The position numbers and the translations under genes are program-made. The notes under the pieces are model-generated. The model did no database searches and was not told the origin of the DNA. It saw nothing but the letters and a program-made list of their open reading frames with translations. Source: a virus. From it: a stretch of DNA of 64,000 nucleotides. Below, piece by piece: positions 1 through 8,267 of this stretch (position 1 is the first letter of the stretch; each line of letters starts with the position of its first letter). The stretch spans positions 32,001 to 96,000 of IMG/VR virus record IMGVR_UViG_3300020056_002227. One strand, written 5' to 3'.

Positions 1-1442
1 TATCTCAATTGAACGGAATCGTCAAATACACTGCGGCGCTTTTTACCTCTCAAGGTCGAACCAATATCAGTCTTATCGAATACGGGAGTATCATCATCTC
101 GTCGACTTGATCCACCCGACTGACCACCACCATTACCATCAATGTTGATATTCTGTTGCGCGCTTTCTTCTAGGTCATAAATTTTCATTTTAGAACGATC
201 AATACCAACAAGGAATCTGCGATAATAACTCAAATCACCCCATCGATTCTTGAGTTGTTTTAGCATCACCTGACCGAGCTCATCAAGGTGCTCAGAAGTT
301 ATGATTCCAAGAATGCAATCAGCAGTGTGAGTGATACCCATAGACTCAGAGGTATTGGTGAGATCCACATCAGAGTTGCCGTAGCCGTCACGATTAAACT
401 GAGAACTAGTAACAACGGCACAATTAAATTCCATAGCGAGACCACGTATTTCCTCCGCAATTGATTTGACAAGTGTGTATGAATTGGCAGCTGCAGCGCC
501 ACGGACACGAGAGGATGCACAGATGTTGAGGTAATCAACAAACACCACGTCAGGTACAAAGCCCTTCTTCATTCGTAATTCATTTAGAAGATGCCGAAAA
601 TGACCAGCATGTGCCGATCCAGTCGGATATTCCTTAATCACCAGTTTACCCGGTGTCTTGGTCTTATATCGACCCATTCTTTTTTCATAAACGTCTCGTG
701 GACACTCACCAAGTTCATCTAGTGTGATATCCATGATATTGGCATCAATACGTCTACCAATTTCTTCTTCAGCCATTTCCATGGTGATATACAACACATT
801 CTTGCCATACATCAAATGGTTGGCTGCAAAGTGACATTTCAAAAGAGATTTACCACCACCAGTAGTGGCAAGTAGTACAGTCATTGATTTCCGAGGTAGC
901 CCACCCTTGGTGATCTTGTTCAAAATATCGATATCAAACGGAATTCTTTCTTCCTTTCGATGATAGTATTCATATCGATCTTCAAACTCTTCAAGGAAGT
1001 CGTGACCAACACTAGAATCAAAGTTGATTCCTAGCGAATCAGATAAGATTTTTGGTATCGATCCCTTATCGTTTTCTTTATCTTGGCCATCAAGAATCAG
1101 AATCGCCTTACGGATTGAATTGTATAGGTCTTTATCTTGGCAAAATTTCTCTGTTTCAGCAATCAAAAATTCATTGCTGGTATCCTTGTCGACCTCTAAT
1201 TGATCGACAGCTTGCATTACATTCGTATAAGTGTCTTCGTTTAAATCTTTTCTTTTATCGATGCTGAGTTTAAGAGCCTCCACTGAGGGAGGCTCCTTGT
1301 ATTGCTCAACATAATCAACAAACGTTGAAAAGATTTTTTGAAGAGAGATTTCGTCGAAATAATCTTCCTTAATATAGGGATATACCTTACGGTAGTAGTC
1401 CCCATTAAGAATCAAATTCGACAGTATCGTCTTCTCTAACAT
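1..1442 (-). CDS. 41: Replicative DNA helicase gp41 (DnaB-like); last base of the presumed stop codon falls outside the window
   Basis: Hand translation from ATG at 1442: MLEKTILSNLIL...LLATTGGGKS (Walker A)...YITMEMAEE...VFVDYLNI...SSQFNRDG...LKNRWGD. 480 codons plus TA at the window edge, which explains its absence from the ORF track. Confidence 0.95.
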   Translation of the reverse strand, partial: MLEKTILSNLILNGDYYRKVYPYIKEDYFDEISLQKIFSTFVDYVEQYKEPPSVEALKLSIDKRKDLNEDTYTNVMQAVDQLEVDKDTSNEFLIAETEKFCQDKDLYNSIRKAILILDGQDKENDKGSIPKILSDSLGINFDSSVGHDFLEEFEDRYEYYHRKEERIPFDIDILNKITKGGLPRKSMTVLLATTGGGKSLLKCHFAANHLMYGKNVLYITMEMAEEEIGRRIDANIMDITLDELGECPRDVYEKRMGRYKTKTPGKLVIKEYPTGSAHAGHFRHLLNELRMKKGFVPDVVFVDYLNICASSRVRGAAAANSYTLVKSIAEEIRGLAMEFNCAVVTSSQFNRDGYGNSDVDLTNTSESMGITHTADCILGIITSEHLDELGQVMLKQLKNRWGDLSYYRRFLVGIDRSKMKIYDLEESAQQNINIDGNGGGQSGGSSRRDDDTPVFDKTDIGSTLRGKKRRSVFDDSVQLR

Positions 1443-2469
1443 CCTCAACCTCGTCAGCCATTAGTAGTTTAAATTTACGTTCAACGAATTCATTGAATCG
1501 GGGATCCGCAACCAGACCTTCGAAAAATTCATCATCAGTCTCAATGTCTTTAGCGCGTTTCTTAGGTTCAATGATTTCACCAGTATCCATATCTACCTTA
1601 TTATACCATCCTTGATTGGCCTTTGTCAAGTGCCCAGATTCAAGTGCGAGATCAAAAAGGGAAGACCATTTCTGAATGCCGGTATCGTATAGTACCTTGA
1701 ATGGAAGTTTTGATTTCTCTTTTACATAGCGAGATTTTTCAATGTTGATCGTAAATTTAAATCCAGCAAGGTCGGTACCATCTTTCTCTTGTGCCTTTGA
1801 GATAATAAAAATCTGATTGGCAGAATAGTAGATGCCCGTACCACCGGATACGATATTTTTCGGGAACAAGCCAATCTCTTTATAGGTATGATTGATTGCA
1901 ACCAATGGAATGTCTTTTCCGGTAAGTTTGGGTGTGACGATGCGGAAGAGTGATTTCAATTGTTTTGCCCGAGACATATCGGCAACTGATTTCTCATTTT
2001 CAGCATCTTCGACCTCTTTACGAGAAGCAAGGTTACCGACAGAGTCGATCATAATAAAAACTTTATCACCCTTATCAATCTCGTTCAATCGCTTAGTCAA
2101 ATCAAATTTGAGTTGTTCAACGTCTTCGATTGGGATGTGTAGAACACGATTTGTATCGATGCCGATTCCTTCTAGGTATTCAGGTGTAATACCATATTCA
2201 GAATCATACAGCATCGCAATGCCGTCATCGTATTTCTTTAGATATGCTTTCATGCAATAGAGTGACAAAAGAGTTTTGAAACTCTTTGATTCACCAGCAA
2301 TCACGGTCAAACCAGGGATCAGACCACCCTTGAGTGAACCACTGAAAGCAATATTCACAATTGGCAACTCTGTCTGGATAGGATCTTTCTCATTGAAGAA
2401 TGTGCTCTTCGACAAGATAGATGAACCCTTGACAGAACCTGCCTTGAGCATTTTATCAAGCAGACTCAT
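1405..2469 (-). CDS. uvsX: UvsX RecA-like recombinase
   Basis: GESKSFKT Walker A variant, YDSEYG, IDSVGNLAS, SGGTGIYYSANQI; adjacent to gp41. Confidence 0.95.
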   Translation of the reverse strand: MSLLDKMLKAGSVKGSSILSKSTFFNEKDPIQTELPIVNIAFSGSLKGGLIPGLTVIAGESKSFKTLLSLYCMKAYLKKYDDGIAMLYDSEYGITPEYLEGIGIDTNRVLHIPIEDVEQLKFDLTKRLNEIDKGDKVFIMIDSVGNLASRKEVEDAENEKSVADMSRAKQLKSLFRIVTPKLTGKDIPLVAINHTYKEIGLFPKNIVSGGTGIYYSANQIFIISKAQEKDGTDLAGFKFTINIEKSRYVKEKSKLPFKVLYDTGIQKWSSLFDLALESGHLTKANQGWYNKVDMDTGEIIEPKKRAKDIETDDEFFEGLVADPRFNEFVERKFKLLMADEVEDVREDDTVEFDS

Positions 2470-2470
2470 A

Positions 2471-2749
2471 TTATTCTCCCTTCAGAATTTGATATAGCTT
2501 ATCTGCAAAGGCATCAAGTTTATCATAACGGTCAGGCCAATAGATATAATCTTTCTCGGGATTAGCCTTAAGATTATTCAGCAGAGGCATGACGGCATCA
2601 TAGATAAGTTGAGCTTTGGCTGCATTCGATTCAGCAGATGCACTGGTTGATTCAGCGACTGCTTTTGCCTCACGAACTACATCGAGTTCATCAGCATCGA
2701 CTGCGGTAAAGCCAAAATCAAAATCAAGTATAGTTTCTTGTTTATCCAT
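2471..2749 (-). CDS. Conserved hypothetical protein of marine T4-like phages
   Basis: DFDFGFTAVD...LNNLKANPEKDYIYWPDR; GGAG RBS upstream. Confidence 0.75.
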   Translation of the reverse strand: MDKQETILDFDFGFTAVDADELDVVREAKAVAESTSASAESNAAKAQLIYDAVMPLLNNLKANPEKDYIYWPDRYDKLDAFADKLYQILKGE

Positions 2750-2769
2750 ACGGATCTCCGTTATTGATG

Positions 2770-2789
2770 TGGGGGCCCGAAGACCCCCG
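2770..2789 (-). terminator. C(UUCG)G tetraloop hairpin after gp32 (terminator or mRNA stabiliser)
   Basis: Minus strand GGGGGUC-UUCG-GGCCCCC; no clear U tract. Confidence 0.6.
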
Positions 2790-2803
2790 ACGAATTAGTT
2801 ATC

Positions 2804-3733
2804 TTATCCTCGTGCAAGTTCTTTAAAGATAGACAGGTCGTCGTCATCATCAGTAACAGAGTTATCTTCAGAAACAGCAGGAGCTTCTGCAAAGGTAGGC
2901 TCTGGAGCCACTTGAGCAAAAGATTTGCCTAGATCAAGATCATCTGATTCTTCCATGGGTGAAGCCGCAACCGGTTCATCTGCGGTGAGATCAAGTACTC
3001 GGTAGAGCTTGGTCTTCAATTCAGCATATGATTTGAAGTTCTTAGGATCAATCACTTCATTAAGAGAGTGCTCTTGAGTCCATACGCTTTCCATTTCAGA
3101 GTCGTCATCAAAGAGAGGTGCCGGAGCATCAAACTCAGATTTGTCATAGTTGGGGTAACCTTCGAACTGTCGAATCTTCAGTCGGAAGTTTGCACCCTCC
3201 CATAGATCAAAAGGATTTACGGGATCTTCATCTTCGAAGCTAGGATTCATCAAATCATTCAGCTTGTCGAAAATCTTCTTGCCGAACTGATAAAGGAATA
3301 CCTTGCCTTCGTTTTCGGGATTCGCAGAATCCTTTACAACGTAGATGTTGGAGATATACTTGAGTCGACGCTTCTGCTTACGAGCCTGTTCTTTGTCAGC
3401 CTCGACACCAGAATTCCAGAGTTTAGAGTTGAACTCAGATACTGGATCATCTTGGTTGAGAGTGGTCAGAGAGTTTTCGATATACCAAAGACCAGTGGGG
3501 CCTTGGAAACCGTGATCCCAAATTCGCACGAACGGCATTTCTTCACCGGAAGGTGCGGGCAGGAAACGAATGATTGCGAAACCATTGCCAGCCTTGTCCT
3601 TCGTAGGCTTCCAAAATTTGCCTTCGTTTGGATCGGAGTAAGTCTTAGATGAGATTTTTTCAAGCTGCTGATTGAGCTTGTCGAGTGATTTACTGCGGTT
3701 CTTTTTGAGCGCTGCAAAATCTGTAGGTGCCAT
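2804..3733 (-). CDS. 32: Single-stranded DNA-binding protein gp32
   Basis: DKAGNGFAIIRFLP, HGFQGPTG-WYIENSLTT, NPFDLWEGANF, acidic C-terminal tail; start moved to ATG 3733 because of the AAGGAG RBS. Confidence 0.95.
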   Translation of the reverse strand: MAPTDFAALKKNRSKSLDKLNQQLEKISSKTYSDPNEGKFWKPTKDKAGNGFAIIRFLPAPSGEEMPFVRIWDHGFQGPTGLWYIENSLTTLNQDDPVSEFNSKLWNSGVEADKEQARKQKRRLKYISNIYVVKDSANPENEGKVFLYQFGKKIFDKLNDLMNPSFEDEDPVNPFDLWEGANFRLKIRQFEGYPNYDKSEFDAPAPLFDDDSEMESVWTQEHSLNEVIDPKNFKSYAELKTKLYRVLDLTADEPVAASPMEESDDLDLGKSFAQVAPEPTFAEAPAVSEDNSVTDDDDDLSIFKELARG

Positions 3734-3777
3734 ATTAGTTTCTCCTTGTATAGCGTTATATGTGCGATGTATTATCA

Positions 3778-4380
3778 TCAACCAAAATGTTCGCGGACAA
3801 TGTCTTTGAACTTCTTTTCATCAATTACTAGAAAGGGTCTGTACTTTCTAGCAGTTCTTATTATATCACGCGAGACTATTTTGTCAACCAATTTTTTATC
3901 CCAATAATCAAAAATATTTGCAAAGTGAACCAGAAGAGTAAAAGTCTCTAATGAGATCTGCTTTCGCAAATATGTAGTCATCACAATTGGATGTTGGCCA
4001 TCGTGTGATACAAAGTTTGCCTGATAACTATCATCAAGCAATTTTAGATCGGATTTGAACGTATAGGAAAGTGATTCCTGCTTCTTTTTCCAATCTGTAT
4101 ACACCCGTTCACCTTCGTGTTCGAGTATATCTTTCACCCAAATGTTAGGTTTGACTAACATATTGGATAGAATTCTATTTATATAGTCTTCTTTCTGTGC
4201 TAATTTCGCAAAGAAAAATGCATCATTTCGGGCTCTAAAGGAATCCATAGATGCTCTGACCTTACCGTTATACTTATGGTAGTCATACCCATCTGTGGTA
4301 AAATGTTTCTTTAAAGCAAGATATTTTACATACGCCTCAAATGAGGTCTCATTCACATAAGTCGGTGATGTTGGGCTCAT
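3778..4380 (-). CDS. 59: Helicase loader gp59
   Basis: YLALKKHF...YDYHKYNGKV...ISLETF; lies between gp33 and gp32 as in T4. Confidence 0.9.
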   Translation of the reverse strand: MSPTSPTYVNETSFEAYVKYLALKKHFTTDGYDYHKYNGKVRASMDSFRARNDAFFFAKLAQKEDYINRILSNMLVKPNIWVKDILEHEGERVYTDWKKKQESLSYTFKSDLKLLDDSYQANFVSHDGQHPIVMTTYLRKQISLETFTLLVHFANIFDYWDKKLVDKIVSRDIIRTARKYRPFLVIDEKKFKDIVREHFG

Positions 4381-4591
4381 CTCGTTTCACCATTTTCAAA
4401 TCTACTGCTTCAGTTCGTACTTTCTCTTTTAAGATAGAGGATTTCTTAACGATATCTGCGATTGACTCAATCTCTAGGTTGTTCTTTTCTGCGTAATGAA
4501 CTAGTGCATCAATGTAAGGTACACCATCAGCAATCATCTTAGATATTTCGTGGTGAATTTTTTCGGGCGTCATTTTCACGACAGACATCAA
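4349..4591 (-). CDS. 33: Late-transcription coactivator gp33
   Basis: YIDALVHYAEKNNLEIE...LKEKVRTEA; 33-59-32 synteny. Confidence 0.85.
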   Translation of the reverse strand: MMSVVKMTPEKIHHEISKMIADGVPYIDALVHYAEKNNLEIESIADIVKKSSILKEKVRTEAVDLKMVKRDEPNITDLCE

Positions 4592-4616
4592 AACCTCCTA
4601 TAGTAAATGAATGATT

Positions 4617-4645
4617 ATTATATCAGGTTTTATGGCATTTGTCAA
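4617..4645 (-). promoter_or_regulatory. sigma70-type early promoter for 33-59-32
   Basis: TTGACA-17 bp-TATAAT on minus strand. Confidence 0.85.
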
Positions 4646-4647
4646 CC

Positions 4648-4682
4648 ATAAAAAACGGCCTGACCAAACGATCAGACCGTTC
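4648..4682 (-). terminator. Rho-independent terminator
   Basis: ACGGUCUGAUC-GUUU-GGUCAGGCCGU followed by a U run on minus strand. Confidence 0.75.
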
Positions 4683-4711
4683 ATTATAATACATTACCCG
4701 TATTATGTCAA
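4683..4711 (-). promoter_or_regulatory. sigma70-type promoter immediately upstream of the terminator hairpin
   Basis: TTGACA-17 bp-TATAAT on minus strand. Confidence 0.75.
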
Positions 4712-4717
4712 CCTATA

Positions 4718-4966
4718 TTATACAGTAGAAGTGTCTGTACACAGATCCACAATAATAGGTCGATCAACGTCGATGATCTTGTGTCTACCTACAACAGGCT
4801 CACAAATCTCGACATTGTGTTGCACCATAGGGATGGCATGCAAGCCTGGCATCAACTTACTGTAGTATGATGGATTCATAAGTGGGATTACAAGACCTGC
4901 AAAAGAGGCTATAATCATCACAGCAATAATGAAGGCAGTAACTCTCTCTTCAGTTTTGCTTGTCAT
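4718..4966 (-). CDS. Hypothetical single-pass membrane protein
   Basis: N-terminal hydrophobic helix, two Cys. Confidence 0.65.
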   Translation of the reverse strand: MTSKTEERVTAFIIAVMIIASFAGLVIPLMNPSYYSKLMPGLHAIPMVQHNVEICEPVVGRHKIIDVDRPIIVDLCTDTSTV

Positions 4967-4969
4967 TTT

Positions 4970-5194
4970 TTAGATCTCCACCTTCTCGCCCGTACTGGGG
5001 TCAGTAACAGTGTAACCAGCTTCGGCCCACTCTTGGAGGGTTCGACACTTACGTGTCATCAAAGATCCAGTACCGATTTGGATCTTAACTTTGGCGCAAT
5101 ATTCACCTTCTTCATTGATTGTCGCACGATAATCGTCAACAGCAAACGCAGAAGGAGCAATAAGCACACAGCACAATGCAATAAACCTTTTCAT
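4970..5194 (-). CDS. Hypothetical secreted protein
   Basis: Signal peptide MKRFIALCCVLIAPSAFA; YCAKV...KCRTLQEW; AAGGAG RBS. Confidence 0.7.
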   Translation of the reverse strand: MKRFIALCCVLIAPSAFAVDDYRATINEEGEYCAKVKIQIGTGSLMTRKCRTLQEWAEAGYTVTDPSTGEKVEI

Positions 5195-5348
5195 GGTTTC
5201 GGCTCCTTAAAATATATTTTGGGGGACTTGAGTGTGAAGAAAAGTAACATTTTACCTCTTTTCACGGTAATATATATACCCGTTCTAAGAGGTTAGTTCA
5301 TATTTTTTTCATTTATTTTTCTCATATAATATATTCCCAGTAGGAATA

Positions 5349-5370
5349 ATGGGGGCATTGCACCCCCATG
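5349..5370 (-). terminator. GCAA-loop hairpin ending the hemO-reductase operon
   Basis: Minus strand AUGGGGGU-GCAA-UGCCCCCAU followed by UAUU. Confidence 0.55.
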
Positions 5371-5373
5371 AGT

Positions 5374-5784
5374 TTAGCTAGATGGGCATGCAGCTCCATC
5401 TGATGAGGCATCGTATTTCTCGTCACCACAACCATACTTGTTATCGTTGTTAGTATCGCATCCTCGTTGCCAATATTGCATTGTGAAAGTATAACCTTCG
5501 CTCCACGGTGTGTATGCTTTACACCACTCGTGAGTACCGAACGCTTCACCGTCAGTGCCATTATCTGGTGGCACGTAATCTACTTTTTCGGTTGGTACGA
5601 TTTTTTCATATCGCATCGTTTTACCGTTATTGTAGACTGAACGTCTCCACAACTCAGATCGCTTCGAAACGAAAACATATTCGTCTTCAGCAACCGTATA
5701 TACATCACCATTATCGTATGTAATGGTATGCGCCAATGCACTCGTCGAAACAAGTGCCATGATAACTAGCAAAAATTGCTTCAT
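5374..5784 (-). CDS. Secreted Cys-containing protein with a Ca-binding-like loop
   Basis: Signal peptide MKQFLLVIMALVSTSALA (AAGGAG RBS); CDTNNDNKYGCGD. Confidence 0.7.
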   Translation of the reverse strand: MKQFLLVIMALVSTSALAHTITYDNGDVYTVAEDEYVFVSKRSELWRRSVYNNGKTMRYEKIVPTEKVDYVPPDNGTDGEAFGTHEWCKAYTPWSEGYTFTMQYWQRGCDTNNDNKYGCGDEKYDASSDGAACPSS

Positions 5785-5853
5785 TTTAGATCTCCTTAAG
5801 TTAGTAGCTGCTACGGCATGCACCCCCTCGGGATGCATGAATAGAAACTTCAT

Positions 5854-6597
5854 TTAAGGATTGGGATTGTAAAAAGTGCCTTGATCAACTGGATATAGCT
5901 TTACCTCTTCGAATAAAACGTCTTCTACATACTGCTTAATTTCTTCTTCACCCAATTTCATGGCCTTCAAAGAATTCCAGAGCTGTTGGTTCTTCTTTTG
6001 ATTGATACAGTATCTATTGTGACTTTCCATACGATCCTCGCCCAACCAAAATTGTTGGTGTTCAATCTGTTCAAGATAATAATGGATCAATCTTATTGCA
6101 GTATCACAAAACTGCTCTGTCTCTTCACCCTCACGAACGTTTCCTGCTGCAACCATATGTGGAGAGAAAATTTCTTTTGCCCATTCAGGCAATTCCCTTT
6201 CTGTTTTCCACTCCAAGTCTCTGGTCGCAAGACCAAATGTAGTAATGATGGGGTGTGTTTCGTCGGATACTGGAGAGAAATCGAAAAATGAACCGCTGAT
6301 CTTATTAGGTCCGGCCACAACATCCAATCCCAAGATCGGATAATGGAATGATGTGCCGGGAAAGATATTAATGTGCATCAACCAAAGTTTTGGTTTACCC
6401 TCAATAGGCTCAATGATTTTCAAGTGTGCCTTACGAACGGGGCCAGATTGCCAAAACAGATCTGTCCAACCTTCGAATTCGTGTATGTGTTTTTCATTAT
6501 CAAAGCGCTCCATGTGCTTATCAAATATCTCAATGATATCAGTAGACAGTTTGCGCAAACGATTCAGTAGGGGTGTGTCCATAATATATTCAGCCAT
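5854..6597 (-). CDS. Ferredoxin-dependent bilin reductase (PcyA/PcyX-like)
   Basis: RKAHL...WLMHINIFP...PILGLDVVAGPNKISGSFFDFSP...RELPEWAKEIFS...YCINQKKN; directly downstream of heme oxygenase. Confidence 0.88.
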   Translation of the reverse strand: MAEYIMDTPLLNRLRKLSTDIIEIFDKHMERFDNEKHIHEFEGWTDLFWQSGPVRKAHLKIIEPIEGKPKLWLMHINIFPGTSFHYPILGLDVVAGPNKISGSFFDFSPVSDETHPIITTFGLATRDLEWKTERELPEWAKEIFSPHMVAAGNVREGEETEQFCDTAIRLIHYYLEQIEHQQFWLGEDRMESHNRYCINQKKNQQLWNSLKAMKLGEEEIKQYVEDVLFEEVKLYPVDQGTFYNPNP

Positions 6598-6600
6598 TAA

Positions 6601-7146
6601 TTACTCGTTATTAAATAGTGTGTCCAATTCTTCAAACAGTTTTGTTGCGTATTGAAAACAAATAATTGCTTCATCTACCATACCATCATAAAGCAATTCA
6701 CGAATGCCAGAGATTAACTCTCTCCTGTTTTCAAATTCGTACATGGTACCAGAACCAGGTACCCTCTTCTTAATTATCTGGCCACCGTGCATATCACCGA
6801 AGTGTCGTACATAAAGGTGTGCTAGGAGGTCGTCATTGTCCTCTAGTGAAAGGATATGGTCGATATATTCATCTACGGATCTGAGGTTTTCAGTGATCCA
6901 TGGTAGATTATACTCTTCTTCTAGTTCACATAAATCTGATAATATCTTATCTGCACGGAATACACCACGAAGATCCTGTGCCAGGTGAACTCTTTCTTCA
7001 AGGGTTTGATATATCTCATACTGCGACTTTAAATAGTATTGATACTCGACCGGAGAGATATCACCACTTATTAGTTTGCCAGCAAATTTGGATTGCTCTG
7101 CCATATCGTGGTGTTTTTGAGTTAATTCTTTTAGACTAGATGCCAT
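6601..7146 (-). CDS. hemO: Heme oxygenase
   Basis: LKELTQKHHDMAE (proximal His helix), AHLYVRHFGDMHGGQIIKK; GAGGAG RBS before ATG 7146. Confidence 0.93.
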   Translation of the reverse strand: MASSLKELTQKHHDMAEQSKFAGKLISGDISPVEYQYYLKSQYEIYQTLEERVHLAQDLRGVFRADKILSDLCELEEEYNLPWITENLRSVDEYIDHILSLEDNDDLLAHLYVRHFGDMHGGQIIKKRVPGSGTMYEFENRRELISGIRELLYDGMVDEAIICFQYATKLFEELDTLFNNE

Positions 7147-7164
7147 ACGACTCCTCATAATAAG

Positions 7165-7229
7165 TTGGTGCCCCTGTTCGGTAGCAGGGCTGGGGCCACA
7201 CCCTGTCAAGGCTGCGACTGCCTTGAGTG
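7165..7229 (-). ncRNA. Candidate structured 5' leader of hemO
   Basis: GC-rich island in an AT-rich intergenic region; hairpin UCAAGGC/GCCUUGA, plus CCCUG able to pair with either of two CAGGG. Confidence 0.45.
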
Positions 7230-7233
7230 AATT

Positions 7234-7247
7234 TATTTATATAAATA
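7234..7247. promoter_or_regulatory. Overlapping back-to-back T4 late promoters (TATAAATA on both strands)
   Basis: TATTTATATAAATA palindrome; gp55 and gp33 are encoded in the window. Confidence 0.75.
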
Positions 7248-7276
7248 TTCATTATTACTTTAGTGGAGTTTTTTAA

Positions 7277-8074
7277 ATGATGCTCAATGAGCTAGCCAAA
7301 CAAGATAGAGAGCGATCTCAGGTGTTGGAATCTGGGAAGATACACGCAGTATTGGCCGCAACGGCATATGAAGATCCTACACTAGCAAAACCAATTTATA
7401 AGTCTATGGGTTTCACCGGACTCAAGTTCTTTGAGCATGATGGTGCCCAGGCTTATGCAGTTTGGAACAAAGAACATATTGTTCTTTGCTTTCGAGGCAC
7501 GGAGCCAACTGAGATCAGTGATCTAAAAGCTGATCTTAATGCTTGGCCGGATCGTGGAGAAGTTGGGGGACTTGTTCACAATGGCTTCCAAAACGAGGTA
7601 GAGAAAATCTGGAAGGATGTTCTCAAGACGATTGATTCTAAATCTCATGCCTCAAAAAAGCTGACCATGTGTGGCCATTCGCTCGGAGGGGCAATGGCTA
7701 CCGTGGCAGCGTCCAGACAAAAAGATAGAGTTCATTCTCTCTATACATTTGGTTCACCCCGTGTTGGTAATAAAGAATTTGTCAACGCATTTAGTGATGT
7801 TAAACATTATAGGTTCGTGAATAACAACGACATCGTTCCTACAGTTCCGTTCGCATGGATGGGTTATCGACATCATGGTGAATGCATGTATTTCAATTAT
7901 AAGGGTTACCTGAAAAAATTTACTTACTGGGAAGACTTCATTGACGGTTGGAAAGGTAAGTGGAGAGCCTTACAGAAAGGTCAGGTATTTGACGGATTGT
8001 ATGATCACGGTGCTAACTACTACTGTTTATATACAGCGAGCAACTATGATCAAGAGAAAGATACAAAAGGCTAG
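7277..8074 (+). CDS. Class 3 lipase (alpha/beta hydrolase)
   Basis: CFRGTE, VHNGF, GHSLGG nucleophile elbow, YTFGSPRVG, NDIVPTVP, DH. Confidence 0.92.
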   Translation: MMLNELAKQDRERSQVLESGKIHAVLAATAYEDPTLAKPIYKSMGFTGLKFFEHDGAQAYAVWNKEHIVLCFRGTEPTEISDLKADLNAWPDRGEVGGLVHNGFQNEVEKIWKDVLKTIDSKSHASKKLTMCGHSLGGAMATVAASRQKDRVHSLYTFGSPRVGNKEFVNAFSDVKHYRFVNNNDIVPTVPFAWMGYRHHGECMYFNYKGYLKKFTYWEDFIDGWKGKWRALQKGQVFDGLYDHGANYYCLYTASNYDQEKDTKG

Positions 8075-8267
8075 AGATTTAATATTTGAAATTGTTGATC
8101 CATTTTGGGACTGGCGCATAGGTACGCCAAATGTTATTGAAAGATTAGAGCGACTAGAAAAAGATAGTCATCCACCAAAAGATCTCTGTGAGTTTGAACA
8201 GTGGGAATCTTTAGATAAACGTCTCAAACAAATAGAGCAAAAAATAAGAAAGTTGGAGAAGCAATAA
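8046..8267 (+). CDS. Hypothetical coiled-coil protein
   Basis: Overlaps the lipase stop and is coupled to the next ORF by TAATG. Confidence 0.6.
   Translation: MIKRKIQKARDLIFEIVDPFWDWRIGTPNVIERLERLEKDSHPPKDLCEFEQWESLDKRLKQIEQKIRKLEKQ

Noticed and set aside
299-1267. ORF-track entries 299-559 and 1052-1267
   Set aside because: Shadow frames of the gp41 helicase gene, which the track missed because its stop is cut by the window edge
7165-7229. hemO leader as a tRNA, HDV-like/theta ribozyme or glutamine riboswitch
   Set aside because: No cloverleaf despite the 3' CCA, no P1.1/P4/catalytic C arrangement and no glnA consensus by eye; kept only as an unknown structured RNA
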